A stretch of DNA of 64,000 bases from Chara braunii (Eukaryota; Plantae; Charophyceae), in contig BFEA01000010.1 in assembly GCA_003427395.1 (NCBI GenBank), positions 3,082,167-3,146,166 of the forward strand. Direction: 5' to 3'. The first letter of the stretch is position 1. Each line of letters opens with the position of its first letter. The position numbers and the translations under genes are program-made. The notes under the pieces are model-generated. The model was not told the DNA's origin, made no database searches, and saw only the letters and a program-made list of their open reading frames with translations. Of the stretch, positions 1 to 13,651 are shown piece after piece.

Positions 1-165
1 TATCTTTTTCTTTTTGTCTTCTTTTACCATCAGTTGCTGGTGCGGTCATCTGCAAGTTTCCCGTTTTTTTAGTACTCTCATATTCTGCGACAAGGCCACC
101 ATGGAAAATGCAGATTTTCAAAACAACAAAAAGGATCCTGATTTTAGGACCGTGCACATGGTTCG

Positions 166-345
166 CTTCCGTGGTGACTTTTGCTGGCCAGCACGGGAAA
201 TGCTGTTCCTCAGGAGAATCCAACAAAGCGCAGACACGTGGTTCGGGCACCTAGTTCCGCCACGTGGTTCGGATTCCGTGGGACTTTTGCTGGGCCAGCA
301 CGGGAAATGATGTTCATCAGACGAAGCCACCAAGGCGCACACATG
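166..345. repeat. Short imperfect direct duplication in the L25 intron
   Basis: ttccgtgg(t)gacttttgctgg(g)ccagcacgggaaatg occurs at ~167 and ~274. Confidence 0.6.
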
Positions 346-687
346 TGGTTCCGCCACGTGATTCGGGTACTTGGTTTCGGCGCGCGGTTCGAACACGTCG
401 TTCAGACAGCAGGTTCGGGCATGTGGTCTGGGCACGTGGCCATGGATCGGCTCGGGACAAGCATATCAATACGTCGGTTAGGCGGCAAAAAAAACTCTCT
501 CCGTTTCTCTGTCGAGAGGATGTTCATATTATCAGGAAAACGACGTAACTGGTTACTACCTACTGCATGACCAGGACAACAATCACTGCATTATCAGGAC
601 ACTATAATATACTGGTAATATAATATAACTACTGCATTATTATCAGGACAATTATATCCATATTATCACGAATGGATATGTACGTAC

Positions 688-1605
688 CAGTTTCGGCAGC
701 ACCCTCTCGACAGTGACGGCCGCTGCTTCTGTCTCTGCGGTCTCCGCTGGCAGCGATCCCCCTTCTGCTATCAGAGACATAGAGGGTACAGTTTCCCTGG
801 TAATTCTGAGGTCGTACGTTCTGGACATAAAAAGAGAAAGCCCATGGCGTTTTAATAACCGCTGAATGAGTTTGGTATCCACGGCTATGAGTTCTTTGTT
901 GCCGCCATGCTCGGCTCCTTCCTGCTCAAACACGATGCTTGGGATCAATCCGCGGCGCCGGAGTTTCTTCACAAGGTTCTTCCCCGCTCCCGATCGCAAC
1001 TTGGCATCAATCACGTCGTCCTCCTCCTCCTCCACCTCCTCCTTCTCAGCTTCCTCGTCCTTCTTCCCCCTCTCCTCCTCCTCCTCCTCCTCCGTGGCCA
1101 TCGCCGCCGTCGATGGTAGTGGTAAAAAGCAGGACGCGTTGGTGCCGATGGGCTGCGGCTGCGAAGAAGTCCCCCGCGATGCGTCGCCTTCAGCGGGATG
1201 ACCGCCCGACAAGTCCGCCGACAGATCTTCCGACAGCAAAGGGAATGTGGCCGCAGCCACGGCATCCATCGCCAAGTATCTCCGCATTAGCAATAACAAC
1301 AAAATTGGTCCGCAGCGCCCACCATCCCAGCTCCACATTGCCGACCCGGACTTGGGTGACGGCCCCGCAGCAGCCGCTGCTCGCGCAGATGAAACCGATG
1401 ATGACGTGAGCAAGCCAGAGACTCCTGGACAAAACCAGGTGGAGGAGGAGGGAGAGGAGGAAATCAAGTGATGAAGAGAAGGGGGAAAGCATCGGCGCGC
1501 GAACAAGCTGCTGCTGCCATTAGCCCACGGCGGTTCATTCATTCCTCCTCGACATCTGTGCCATCGCGCGGCGATGGCGGCGGCTTTCCTGGCAAAAGGC
1601 CCCAT
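688..1605 (-). CDS. First coding exon of an organelle-targeted ribosomal protein bL25/TL5 (L25/CTC family); the gene continues left of the window
   Basis: ORF 652..1659(-) contains DAKLRSGAGKNLVKKLRRRGLIPSIVFEQEGAEHGGNKELIAV...FMSRTYDLRI...VERVLPKL, matching the plant L25 N-terminal domain. The first true ATG at 1605 starts an Arg/Ala/Ser-rich transit-peptide-like leader. A GTACGT donor at 687 follows VLPKL. Start codon uncertain (alternative ATGs at 1542, 1338, 1287). Confidence 0.85.
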
Positions 1606-3364
1606 AAAGACTGGCTTACTTATTATTCCCCCCGCTTCCCCCCCACCCTCTCCAACCAATCCGTCACTAAATCAGCCAGTCAGATTCATGGGTCAAACCA
1701 ATATCCCTCTCGATTGTTTACCTACATCCCTGCCGGTAAGCGACAGAGGAGAGCGAAGCCGCGTTTCGACAAAAAAAATAAGCAATTTGCTGACCTGGAC
1801 GCCGTATGCCACCTCTTCCGGATCCTATCCGATGACGATCGGTCCCCCCCGAACCCTCCGTTTCTACAGTTTCCGATCCTTTTCCTCCCCCGATAACAGC
1901 CGCCTCCCTCAAACCCCTACTCTCCCCTCGGTCTGCTTCGTCGACAGTTTGGTAGCCGTTGATAGGTGGGGCCTCGCATTGAACGAAGATGAAGAGTTGG
2001 CGAAAGTTGCCCTGCTTCCCGCCTCCCCTCCCCTTCCTTCCTCTCCTCGCAGCACATGTTGTTCCTAGAGCAATCCCTCTCAAGCCCAATCACTCAATCA
2101 AGATTGATCTTCTCCGCCACCACAACGATCTTCGTCGGCCACGGCACTATGGGACCCATCGCCGCCTCTGCAATATCTCCTCCTTCCCCCCTTAAACTTT
2201 ACTTTTCTCTTGTTGGTAAGCATTCCCGCCTCCCTACCAATCAATGGGTACGCAGCATGAGAAAATCGGTTCGCAGGTACGCGGGAGAGAGTCATTCACC
2301 GCCCCAGTCAAGGGTATTTTTGCATTCACTTCCTTCTAGCTGTACTTCGGTTTTTCTCGACCACGGTTCAAAGCCCGCCGGCCAGAACACCCGCTCAGAC
2401 AAACATCTACCTTGCTCTGCTTCTCTTTTACGCGACATTGATTAGACTACATTACGGAATTACTAACGTAATAATAATCCTCCTTCGCAGAAGGATCAGG
2501 GTGATGGATCTCTACAGCGCCACGTAGGATCCACCCGCATCCACGTAGGATACCCAGGTTTTTCAGCAAAGCCCGACGGTATTTATCACGTCGAAGGGGT
2601 TGATAATACCGATAATAGTCACGTGGATTTGAGCTCAACCCTTCTTTTTGCCCTTTCAGCGCCTCCTTCTCTGCCACCTCTACCTAAGAATCCCTCCCTT
2701 GGGGCGGCGTTTCAAGAGCAGCTATCTCACAGCGAAGGCTGCGGTGTGGTCGGTTGCCTCGTGTGTGTCAGGGGGTCTCGCTCCACTTACGAACGAACGG
2801 AATCTCGAAATTCACATTGAGAGCGCGTTGACAGCTCTCAGAATTCGCTCTCAATTTGAGCCAGCCTGCAAACTCTCAAATCACGTCTGCAATCGACGTA
2901 TTTGAATAAATAGGAAGAGATCTGTTTGTTTTGTGAAGGGTGTCGTATTTGCATAAATAAGGGCATAGGGCATCTTTAGACACTCCTCGGGGACGTGAAA
3001 TCCGCAAGGACGCGCTGGGTCCACCTGTCCTTGGGGACGTAATCGAAAAAGAACTGATAGACAGCGCAGCCAAGGGAACCCCGGGGGCCATATCGCAGTT
3101 GTCGAGGCCAAAGAGGAAGCATGTTGGGGAAAACATGAAACACGAAGGGGGCAAATATGGAAGGCCTCGGAGCAGGGGAAATATGGAATGCCTGCAAGGA
3201 CTGTGGCCAACTGGGACCAAACGGAATTTGGGAAGTGGGACTCAGGACAACAAACAATGTGCTCAGACACAAGCTCACAGCTGTGTTCGCTGAAGTGCCT
3301 ACTTACATTGACCCAGGGGGAGCAAGGGGACTATCTCAACTGGTTCGCACGAAGCATGCCCCAC

Positions 3365-3436
3365 CCGGCCAGCGGGGACTGAACCCACGACCGCCTGAAT
3401 GCCACTTGCATGCGTAACCAGCTGAGCCAGACTGCT
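3365..3436 (-). ncRNA. tRNA-like (SINE-head-like) module, not a functional tRNA
   Basis: Minus strand: A box TGGCTCAGCTGG and B box GGTTCAGTCCC at tRNA spacing; no convincing anticodon arm. Confidence 0.65.
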
Positions 3437-3810
3437 ATGCCCAGTGCTGCCGGAGGGCCAACTGCGATCAAATACATGTACCCATGAACTGTTGANNNNN
3501 NNNNNNNNNNNNNNNNNNNNNNNNNNNNNNNNNNNNNNNNNNNNNNNNNNNNNNNNNNNNNNNNNNNNNNNNNNNNNNNNNNNNNNNNNNNNNNNNNNNN
3601 NNNNNNNNNNNNNNNNNNNNNNNNNNNNNNNNNNNNNNNNNNNNNNNNNNNNNNNNNNNNNNNNNNNNNNNNNNNNNNNNNNNNNNNNNNNNNNNNNNNN
3701 NNNNNNNNNNNNNNNNNNNNNNNNNNNNNNNNNNNNNNNNNNNNNNNNNNNNNNNNNNNNNNNNNNNNNNNNNNNNNNNNNNNNNNNNNNNNNNNNNNNN
3801 NNNNNNNNNN

Positions 3811-3862
<52 letters not shown>

Positions 3863-4496
3863 TCACATACATCAACGGAAGGTATAGTGAGAGGCCTGCT
3901 AGAGCATAGAAATATTTGCCATTGCTGTGTGAGGTCGTACTCAGACTAGGACTTCCCTGTATCCATCTGACCCAGTCATGGCCGGCTTGCTTGCTAGGAG
4001 GACGAATTCCATCGGCAAACAGCTCTCACCGAGTCTCGCTTAGGTGTGTTCTTGAAGTCGTTCTCTGCTGGCCAGGACCGCCGGTTTTTGCGTAAATAAT
4101 ACCGTTTGCCACCATCTTCCCCCGGACAGAATGTAGGGTCATTATCATTATATTTGGAGCGAACAGTGCGCTAAATACAGACATAATTGTCACACGTTGA
4201 ATTCGGGGGAAGGCGACAGGGCTGTCTTTTCTCTCTTTTTCAAATTTTTTGACCGTTTCTCCATTCGTGCGCCGAGCAGGGAAAATATGGAATGCCTGCA
4301 AGGCCGAAGCCTTGGAACTGTGACCAACTGGGACCAAACGGAATTTGGGAACCGGGACTCGGGTTGCTGCAATATCAACATCGAGCCTGAGATCAGACAG
4401 AAGCTCACAACTGTGTTCGCTAAAGTCCCTACTAACATCGACCCAGGGGGAGCAAGCGGACTATCTCAACTGGTTCGCACGAAGCACGCCGAAGCC

Positions 4497-4566
4497 GGCC
4501 AGTGGGGATTGAACCCGCAACCGCGTGAATGCCGCTTGCATGTGTAACCAGCTGAGCCAGACTGCC
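4497..4566 (-). ncRNA. tRNA-like module, second copy
   Basis: Minus strand: A box TGGCTCAGCTGG, B box GGTTCAATCCC. Confidence 0.65.
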
Positions 4567-5223
4567 ATGCCCAGTGCTGCTGGAGGGCCAACCACGATCA
4601 AATACATGTACCCATGAACTGTTCAAATCCAGACCTGAGTCAGAATGCTGCCAATGACTTTTTGGGCCAGCGTCTGCAGGTGGTAACAGTCAGATCTAGC
4701 ACAGTCTCAGGTAAAATGCAGGACAAACAAACAGCAGAGGGTGTCCTAGAGGTACATTCTCTAGTGAAATGTGGAACAAACAAACAAAGTCCCAAAGGTA
4801 CAGTCATTGGGTCACCAAAGGATACGGAGACTGTACCTTTGGGACACCAATCAAAACTGAATGATACTGCGAAGATTAGGAAACAAAAACAGAGAGAAAA
4901 AGAGGAGAAAAAAGAGGAGGAAAAAGAAGCGAGAGAAAAAAGAGGAGGAAAAAGAAGCGAGGTCCCGGGAGGAGAAAAAGATAAGCACATATGCGAGGGA
5001 TGACACCTGCAAAATTAGGAGAAATTTTCGGAAAACAATCTATTGCCCCGCCTGCCACCGCACTCCCACCGATAACTCCCCCTCCACGCCCCCCTTTCTG
5101 AATGAATGAATGACGGCTTGCCCTCCATTCCCATCGCTCCCCGCCACACATGCACAACCGGCCCAACCAGNNNNNNNNNNNNNNNNNNNNNNNNNNNNNN
5201 NNNNNNNNNNCCGGCCCGACCAG

Positions 5224-5285
<62 letters not shown>

Positions 5286-5849
5286 GACACTTAACGTTCC
5301 CTTCACGTTTCCGCGTGCCCATGCATCCAAACACCTTTAGCCGCACCCGTACAACCTACATAACGAATCCCTCGACAGGTGACGAATACCACCGTCTTCC
5401 CCAACCATAACCGCTCCAGGAGGGCAAAAAAAACAAACCCAACCGCTCCCCCTACGAAAAACAAAAACCAAACGACGAAAACGAAAAGAACGGACACCCC
5501 CCTCGCATCCCCTCCCGCCCTGCTATCTCGTCCACCCTTCCTCCCAAAGAGGAAACATTGGACGCGGACTGCAACAGCGCAAGCACGCCCTGCCCAGCCT
5601 GCTGCAGGTCGCCCGCTCTTAAGGCTTATCACCGACTGGTCTTAGACTTGCGGGCGACCAGACCCTTCGACGTAAATTTCTAAAGCCCGTATTCTGCCCA
5701 AAAAGACCCTACCAAAGCTTCATTCCGCCCGACAACATTACCGGAAACGGAAACTTCGCAAAACGATAAAAGACAATGGCAATAGACGCAGCCTTTTGGC
5801 TGCAAAATGTGAAAACGCCAGAAAAATTCTTTCTGGCGTCCTTGTGGCC

Positions 5850-8205
5850 CCAGCCAAAGTTTCCTTATCCAAGGGTTCATATGGAAGGTGGCCTGGGAAA
5901 CTCTCTACCTAGGGATCAAGGGGGTCTGGGAATTTTGGACCCCATGCAACAAAAGTAACCCTTATTGTGCAAATGGGTGGTTGCAGCAACCTTTGGGAAC
6001 CGTTGAAACCTATGGGTAAGACTGGGTGAATACATTTTAGCTAAGGAATGAGATTTATCTAGAGGTTCAGATGTCTGGGTCTGTTTATTCATTCGGTCCT
6101 TCTCAACTCGCAAACCAAAGTCTAGATTATGGCGTAATATTTTATATGCATGGCAAAAGCTCTCCCCCGAGGTCCTTCGGCCGCCGGAGACTAGGGGAGA
6201 AATCCTTAAGCCACCAGTACTTGGCCCAGCTATCGATGCCTAGCCTGGAATGGCCCTGCGCGCCAATTTTCGCCAAAGCGCCAGGGTACCGTTCTGAAAA
6301 TGTTTTGGTTGGCGCTTCCAGCCATTGTGGTCCGGTACCCCGAAGCCCTAAAGGCGCAGCGCGTTAATGGGAAAGCGCCGCGGCCGATAGCTGGGCCAAG
6401 TATTGGTGGTTTAATCATATCATATTTGATAACTCTTCTATAGTCTCTCCTACGGGGTCTTGTTTGTTGGCAGACGGGAGTCCGGGTAGCTTCGAAAAAG
6501 CCTGGGCGGAGAAGGAAATAGTGCAGATCAAAGATTTACGGGACACTAAGATTGATGCATGGCTTTCGGTGGGAGATCTAAGAAAAAGGTTGCTGCGCCT
6601 GAGCAATATTGAACAAAATTATGGGATCCTTAGGAGTTGTATCCCGGATTATTGGCTAGCTTTGTTGCCACAGGAGGTGGAACATAGTCAGGGGACTTGG
6701 GTCCAAGATCCGACTAAGAGCAGTTGTGTTCTGAGGGTGATAGGCCCAGACTTACCACAAGGGTTCAAAGTCCAGGTCTGCGAGAAGAAATCAACAAGTT
6801 GGTCTACACCGACTTCGCTGCTCAACAAGAAAGGAGAAAAAAACATTCACTCAACGATTGCGTTACGAGAGTGCCGAGTGTGGCTTAAGAGAGAAGGTAA
6901 GAAAGAAGAGGCTATGCTGGTGACTGGTGATGCTTTTGAGCTTCAAGTCGAACCAATATGGCTGGAAAAACAAGACAAAGGTAGGTCCTCAGTTTCCAGT
7001 CTGCTTATATAGGACAAAAATAGACGTTCAAATTCTACAAACTGCAGTAAGGAAGCAGTCAGTGGCTACAACAACAGAAAGACTGAACAAAGAACCAGGC
7101 TTTACCCTGACCAATTTGGATCTTTACGGTCTATGGCAGACAACTTATGGTGTCTCAGAAACAAGCCAGCTTAATATGGCTTCAATCGCTTTTGGCGACC
7201 CCCTCGGCCTCATGATTGGCAGCAAAGGGCATGGACTTAAAAGAACAGTGCGCCAGATGTAAGTGGGGATGGGAGAATGCCTCCCACATCTGGCTTTACT
7301 ACTCGTTCTCCCTTCAGTTGTGGGAGTGGTGGAAAGACAGGTGGGGACAAATAGTAGGCTCGGAGTTTATCTGGACCCAAGAGTGGACCCTTCATGGTAT
7401 GACCACCCCCCGATTTGGATTTCTCCAGGGTTGGGCATATGTAGCCCTGGCCTCTCGGGGGATCATCATAGAAACACTCTAGAAAGCACGGAACAAAGTA
7501 ATGTTCCAATAAGAGATGATTACCTTTTAGACTCAAGTGGCGGTGAAGTCTACAATTAGGCAGACAATTAGAGCAGACTGGCAACATCGAGCCCAGACTC
7601 GTAAGAACCGATTTTGGTTCTCCCAGACGTGGGGTAAGTCCAAGGGCTTGGCTGTAACATCAGCGGAAGGAGACCTGAAGTTTGCAAATTGGTTTCTCCA
7701 CGACATCAGTGAGTGAAGACGACACACTCAATAGGAAGCAGATAGGCCACCGAGTTTATTTTTTTGGGCTTAAGCAGCGCTGTTTGCCTTAGCTGCTTTA
7801 GTAGTTATTAAAAGAGAAGAGTAGCAGGTTTAGACATCGTTCCTGTTGATAGGTCGTCTCTAATATAGATTATAGTGACAGAATGGTAGTCTAGGAAGTA
7901 GGACCTTGAATAGGCTTACTTTTGCTTTTCAATTGGGTTCTTGTCATTTGTTAGGTTAGCAGTTTTTTACTTATTCCTCTGGTATATGGATTGGATTGTT
8001 TGTGAATGGTTGGATGCATCGGGTCCCCTGTGGGTCCTATAAAAAATGAAACTGGGTAAGGCTCCCAGAAGAAGTTTAAAAGAAAGCTTGCAGATTTTAA
8101 GAGTCGAGACGAGACAAGCTAAACCGATTGAGGTTGTCGGGATAACTACCAGGTGGAACTGTGGAGTCCTTGACCTCGTTTGTTTTCAGAAATAAAGGTT
8201 CCAAT

Positions 8206-8262
<57 letters not shown>
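5850..8262 (+). mobile_element. 5'-truncated, decayed L1/Tx1-clade LINE (3' part of ORF2, 3' UTR and (TAA)n tail)
   Basis: Frameshifted KVAWETL/LPRDQGGLGILDP post-RT motif at ~5885-5945; zf-RVT-like CARCKWGWENASHIWL..SFSLQLW at ~7245-7325; (TAA)n tail at 8207-8261. Confidence 0.8.
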
Positions 8263-8264
<2 letters not shown>

Positions 8265-8399
8265 TCCTTATCCCCAAAGGACCTCGTGAAGTCCCGTGAA
8301 GCTCAAGGAACTATGGTTCACGGAGTGACAAAGACATGCGTCGACGAAGAGTCTCGGGCCCTGGGTGGTCCAAATGTGGTCCAAATGTGGTCCAACAGC

Positions 8400-9090
8400 G
8401 TTAGCACGAACATCCCCACCCTTCAACATCTGGGTAGTCCCCCAACGGCCTCCAACGGCTACTCTTGGCAGTGGGCCTCCATCGGGTGGCGTTGTCGTTT
8501 TCCGTCATCATCATGCAGTCTCTCCTGCGCTCGAGAAATGTCCGCAACGGTCGGGAATATTTTCCCGGTGGCGCCTTCAGTCCATCCACGGAAGAGGTTT
8601 CTGCATGAGCATCATATTCCCAGGCGTGTCGTCACGTGCTGCACGTCCGACAAGACTTTTGTCTTCTCCGCCGTCGTGTGCTAGATATCCGACAACAAAT
8701 GTGGCATTGTTGCCCTCTTTACCATGCAGTTCACAACCAACCTATACCACAGGCTTCCTTTGCTGTTCCTCGTCGCGATGTTGCTTCTGGTGGTCCCTCT
8801 GCTGTTCCTCAACGCTGTGCTGCTTCTCGTTGAAGAATGTTGCAACCCAATGTGTAGCACAGATCAATGACAGCCTCCGAAGTTGCCACATAGTCGGGGC
8901 CGTCATCCGCAACTTGCATCAACGTCCTTCTTCTACGCGTGTGCAACTGCTCCTTCATTCGTCCCAGCACCTTCGCCTGCTGACAACGAAGAACAACGGT
9001 TGACACGGTCGCCGCCACGGCTACCCGCTCAAGCGGTGTCAGCAACTCACGCCCGTCCTCCCCGCCGCCCTCCATCACCACCACCTCCAC
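8400..9090 (-). pseudogene. Decayed N-terminal part of a PIF/Harbinger transposase, divergent from the copy to its right
   Basis: LLTPLERVAVAATV...ATSEAVIDLC aligns with VLTPMEKTTLTAAV...ATSEVVVQLC of the plus-strand copy. Confidence 0.6.
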
Positions 9091-9679
9091 AGAAATGATG
9101 TCTCTTCACTAACCTCTCGATCCTCGCACCTCAAAGACGTAATCTGCTCACCCCCCGAGGAGAGGTATGAGAAGCTGCCGCCTTTCAGTGGATGTCGTCT
9201 CCTTGGCGGAACTGCGTGTGACGGCACGAACAACGTGGAGCAGAAGCTCGAGGGCGATGGACGCACCCGGTGCACTGACCGGGAGTTAGGCAGAAGGGAC
9301 GGCGCTGCTAAGGCTGATTCCGCCCTGCACAGCATGCGCACCGCAAGCCGAACGTAGTTATCGTCACCACAACAATTCTTCAAATTTGAATATCACAGTG
9401 ACGCTTGCTTGCCCCCTTTATTGACATGCATGATGTGGTGTGAGAGACAATGGTGTGTTGGGGGAAGTGGTCCATCGTCGGCTCGGTTCCTTCAGCAATG
9501 ACTCGTGGCAGCGTGGAGTGCACACTTCAGTAGGCGAAGACCTTCGTTGTGTCATCATATATTCCAGTTGCATGTGGACACACACAGTGCAACCGACGTG
9601 GTGCTTGGGCGTGGAAGCTGATGGCGCACGTACATGAGGAAGACGGGCAGGTTTGCCTGTGAGGACATGTAGTCCCATC

Positions 9680-11620
9680 ATCCCACCAATGGAGCCCAGA
9701 AGGGGAAATGGACGTGCGGTGTTGACACCCATGGAGAAGACAACCCTCACAGCAGCAGTGTTGGCCGTCGTTGTCCTTTGTCAGGGAGAGAGGGCGTTGG
9801 GGGGGGTGAAGGCGAACCCATCAAGGCACAAGCAAAGGCTGTTGATGCGAAGATTGCTCGACGCCATTGATTGTGTGGCAACTTCAGAGGTCGTCGTTCA
9901 ACTGTGCATGCGGTTGGCTCTGGTGTACTCCCTCGAACGACGACAAGATGGTGGATGAAATGGAAAACGGGCAAGACACAGAAAAATCTACGGGTAAGCG
10001 AGGACGTGACGGACAACTACTTCTGAGAAAAGTTGCACATGTCACGGAGAGTGTTCAGAGAGATCATGGAGGCCTGTGCACCTCATCTACAACGCCAAGT
10101 TACATTTTACAGGGAGCCGCTCCAGTCAGAGCAGATCATCGTGTACACGTTGTATCAGTGGGCATCAGACGAAACATACGAGAGCAACACATCCTTTTTC
10201 GGCATCGGTAGAGCTTATGGCCTGGGCGCAGTTCACGATGTCACCGCTGCTTTGTTGAGGGTGTACGCGGACAGGATAGCGTGGCCGACGGGTGTGCGAA
10301 AGTACGCCATCCTCCGTCCTCCATGCATTCACAGAGAAGGGAGTCCCTAACTACTATGGAGCCGTCAATTGCACACACATCTACTTTGACAACAAGGGAA
10401 TGCCCTAAGTGAGAACTACTTCGATCGCAAACATTGCTTCTCTGTCATCTCGCAGGTGGTCGTCAACCTTGTATATGCTGGATATGAACGTGGGATATCC
10501 AGGCAACCGCCACTACATCAGGGTGATCTAGCTGTCGAGTTTGTGGAGGTGCGTGGGAGAGGGGTATAGACGAATAAGTATTTTATAGGTGACAATGGGT
10601 ACAACCTTTCTGAATGGATAGTCATCCCATACGGAGGAATCAATCAGCACCTCAACGAGGACGAGGAGAGGTTCGACACGAAATAGAAGGTTACTAGAGG
10701 GGTTGTGGAAAGGGCGTTTAGCAGGTTGACAGGGATTTGAGGGTTGTTCCAACACACGCACAAGGAGAACCTGGTGACGCCACCGTCGTCTGTATACTCC
10801 ACAATATCCTCATCGACGTTGGCATTGAGCTTGACGAGAACCTGCTTTGGGAGATGGACGAGAACGGAGTGGCACGACGAGTGGACCCCGACATTCATTG
10901 CCCTCTTCATCCAGTGAAATTGACGACTTCGATAGATGAGGCGCACGCCCTGCACGATACTCTGGCGGAGAATGGGCGGGATGTAGAAAGATGTATGGGT
11001 GTTCAACAACGTGACAGACAACTACTTCAAAGAGAAGTTATGTATGCCCCGGAGAGTGTTCAGGGAGATCACAGAGGTCTATGCACCTCATCTGCAATGC
11101 CAAGTTACGTTTTATAGGGAGCCGCTCCAGCCTAAGCAGATCATCGTGTACATGTTGTATTGGTGGGCATTAGACGAAACATACAAGAGCAGCACATCCT
11201 CTTCCGGCATTGAAAGAGTTTCTGGCCTGATCCCGTTTCACGATGTCATTCCCACTCTATTGAGGGAAACGCGGACAGGATAGTGTGCCCGATAGGGGTG
11301 CGAAAGCATATTGTCCTCCGGACGTTCGCGGACAAGGGATTCCCCAACTGTCACGAGGTCGTCAATTGCACACACATCAACGTTGACAAACCGGCAAACG
11401 ACCCGGGCAAGAACTACTTCGATAGCAAGCATCGCTTATCTGTCATCTCGCAGGTGGTTGTCAACCTAGACTTACGTATGGTAGATGTGTAGGTGGGATA
11501 TCCAGGCAACTACCACTACATCAGGGAGATCCAGTTATTGAGTTTGTGGAGGCGCGTGGAATAATGGTCATTGTTCTGTGGGTCACCTATGACGTTGTCG
11601 AGCGGGGTGTAGACGATCGG
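9680..11620 (+). mobile_element. Decayed PIF/Harbinger (HARBI1/DDE_Tnp_4-type) transposase, followed by a partial second copy at ~10990-11620
   Basis: MSRRVFREI..ACAPHLQRQVTFYREPL, GAVNCTHI, YFDRKH.FSVISQVVVNL, VGYPG, RGVVERAF and VCILHNIL motifs, with many stops and frameshifts. Confidence 0.85.
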
Positions 11621-12692
11621 AGAGACAACAGAATGTCATGCGGAGTTTTTATGTTTTTATTGCAATAAATAAATAATTAGTTAAGGCAAATCTCTTCCTA
11701 TTGAGTGCGTCCAGATTCGAGAGAGACCCGTCAATTACGGTCTACGCCGGTCCTTGGTCCTTGGAACCTTCAATTAATTTGGTTCGAACAATAATGATTA
11801 CATGAATAATCAAATCCAAATTAAATACACGTAATGCCTATCTTGATTGCCAATTAAGGAATTTGAGAACCATGATAAGATCAACAAGAAAATATAACAT
11901 CAACAAAGTCAATGAGGACAAGACAAGACTGACTGACTCAGATAAGGACAATATGAATGAGGGAAGGTGAGAGCTCATAATAATCTCAAAAGTACAATAT
12001 AAAATATACGATATGTGCTATAAGTCTTAACTCTCACTCCTCCCTCTCAGTCTCATCCTCGATCTCAGTCTCTCTGAGTTTCGAATATCATGCATTTGTA
12101 TCTATCAAAATTATAGCCTAGGAATGAATTGCCATCAGAGATCATAGGTATATGAGAAAGGTCAGTCGAAAGCAAAGATGTTGATATTTGTCCACGTGCA
12201 ATACTTCACTTATGCAGAAGGAATATAAGGCCGAGAAACTATCCCTCTTTTCAGATTATCGAATGCGGATGACTCAGTCAGTGCCTCAATGTCTATCTCA
12301 TTTGGAGAGATGTACTTCTTTGTCAAGTCCACAAGGTCTCCCAGTAAGACCCATCACAACAACTGAAAGGAATAAGAGGTCTTGGATAATCTTCATACTA
12401 TTTAGGACCGTAGTTGCAAATCAGTTTCTCCTTCTCAGACTCAAGGCTGACTGCTAGTTCATATGAGGAACAGTCTCAATAGTTCCCTAAGAAGCAATAC
12501 AACTTTCCCTCAATATCAGGAAATCAGAAGAGTATTTATGAGATATGTGCAAAGAGCATATGACAAGTTTGTACCATCTCAATCTTTGAGATGTATTTTC
12601 AAAACTTGTACTTCAGAAGTAAGACTGACCGTTTCTGTAATCCGTAGACCTTGAAAGAAAATTTAGAAAGTCAGTTATCAGGCAGTGGATTT

Positions 12693-13651
12693 GAGAGAAG
12701 GTTAACATATGCCTTTATTTTTAGGTTATTTTCAGCTGCTTCAGACGGGTGTGAGGTACTTGGATGACAAAACCTGAAACTGCTTTCATAAGCTTCAGCC
12801 ACTTCAGGTCATTTAAGAGGTTTCAGATTCCCACCTGAAATTCCTATAATGACTTGAAGTGGCTGAAGCTTTTGAAAGCGGTTTCAGGTCCCCCTATCCA
12901 AGCATATTTGGATGGGGGGACCTGAAACCGCTTTCAGAAGCTTCAGTCACTTCATATCATTTCAGAGGTTTCAGGTCTCCCCACCTTAAACTCCTGAAAT
13001 GATCTGAAGCGTCTAAAAATCTGAAAGCGGTTTTAGATGTCCCTATCCAACCATTTGGATGGGGGGACCTGAAACCTCTTTTAGAAGCTTCAGCCACTTC
13101 AGCTCATTTCAGAGGTTTCAGGTCTCTCCATCTGAAACTCTTGAAATAATCTGAAGTGGTTGAAAATCTGAAAGTGGTTTCAAATACCCTCATCCAACCA
13201 TTTGGATGGGGGGACCTGAAACCACTTTCGGAAGCTTCAGCCACTTCACATCATGTCAGAGGTTTCATGTATCCCCATTTGAAACTTATGAAATAATATG
13301 AAGTTGCTGAAAATCTGAAAGCGGTTTGAGATGCATCAATCCAACCATTCGGATGGGGGGGACCTGAAACCGTTTTCAGAAGCTTCAACCACTTCAGGTC
13401 TTTTCAGAGGTTTCAGGCTTCCCCAATTGAAACTCCTGAAATGACTTGAAGTGGCCCACAACAACCTTGAATCAAAACAAAAACAGGCAAAAAAAATAAA
13501 GAGAAAAAAACATAAAATATGACCCCCAAGCCACCTGTAACTCCTAAAATGACATGAAGCGTCTTCAGGTCATTCTAGTGATTTCAGACCTTTCCTAACA
13601 GACTTCAAGATTTTTCATTCTGAAATTTCAGGAGGTCGTTAACCACTTGTG
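12693..13651 (-). mobile_element. Non-autonomous DNA element (KDZ/Zisupton-like termini) built from ~147-bp palindromic tandem units
   Basis: Reverse complement of 58434-59385; ends CACAAGTGGTTAAC and GTTAACCTTCTCTC; flanks gtggattt/gtggactt (7/8 TSD). Confidence 0.8.

Larger units (their letters stand above)
3170..4623. repeat. Two copies of a ~330-350 bp repeat (3170-3494, running into a gap, and 4274-4623), each containing a tRNA-like module
   Basis: Colinear similarity from gagcagggg/aaatatggaatgcctgcaagg through to gtacccatgaactgtt. Confidence 0.85.

Noticed and set aside
4876-5410. Gly/Pro-rich ORFs
   Set aside because: Artefacts of a poly-C run and an N gap; likewise the ORFs across microsatellites and gaps at 3444-3887, 24383-24790 and 30714-31310.
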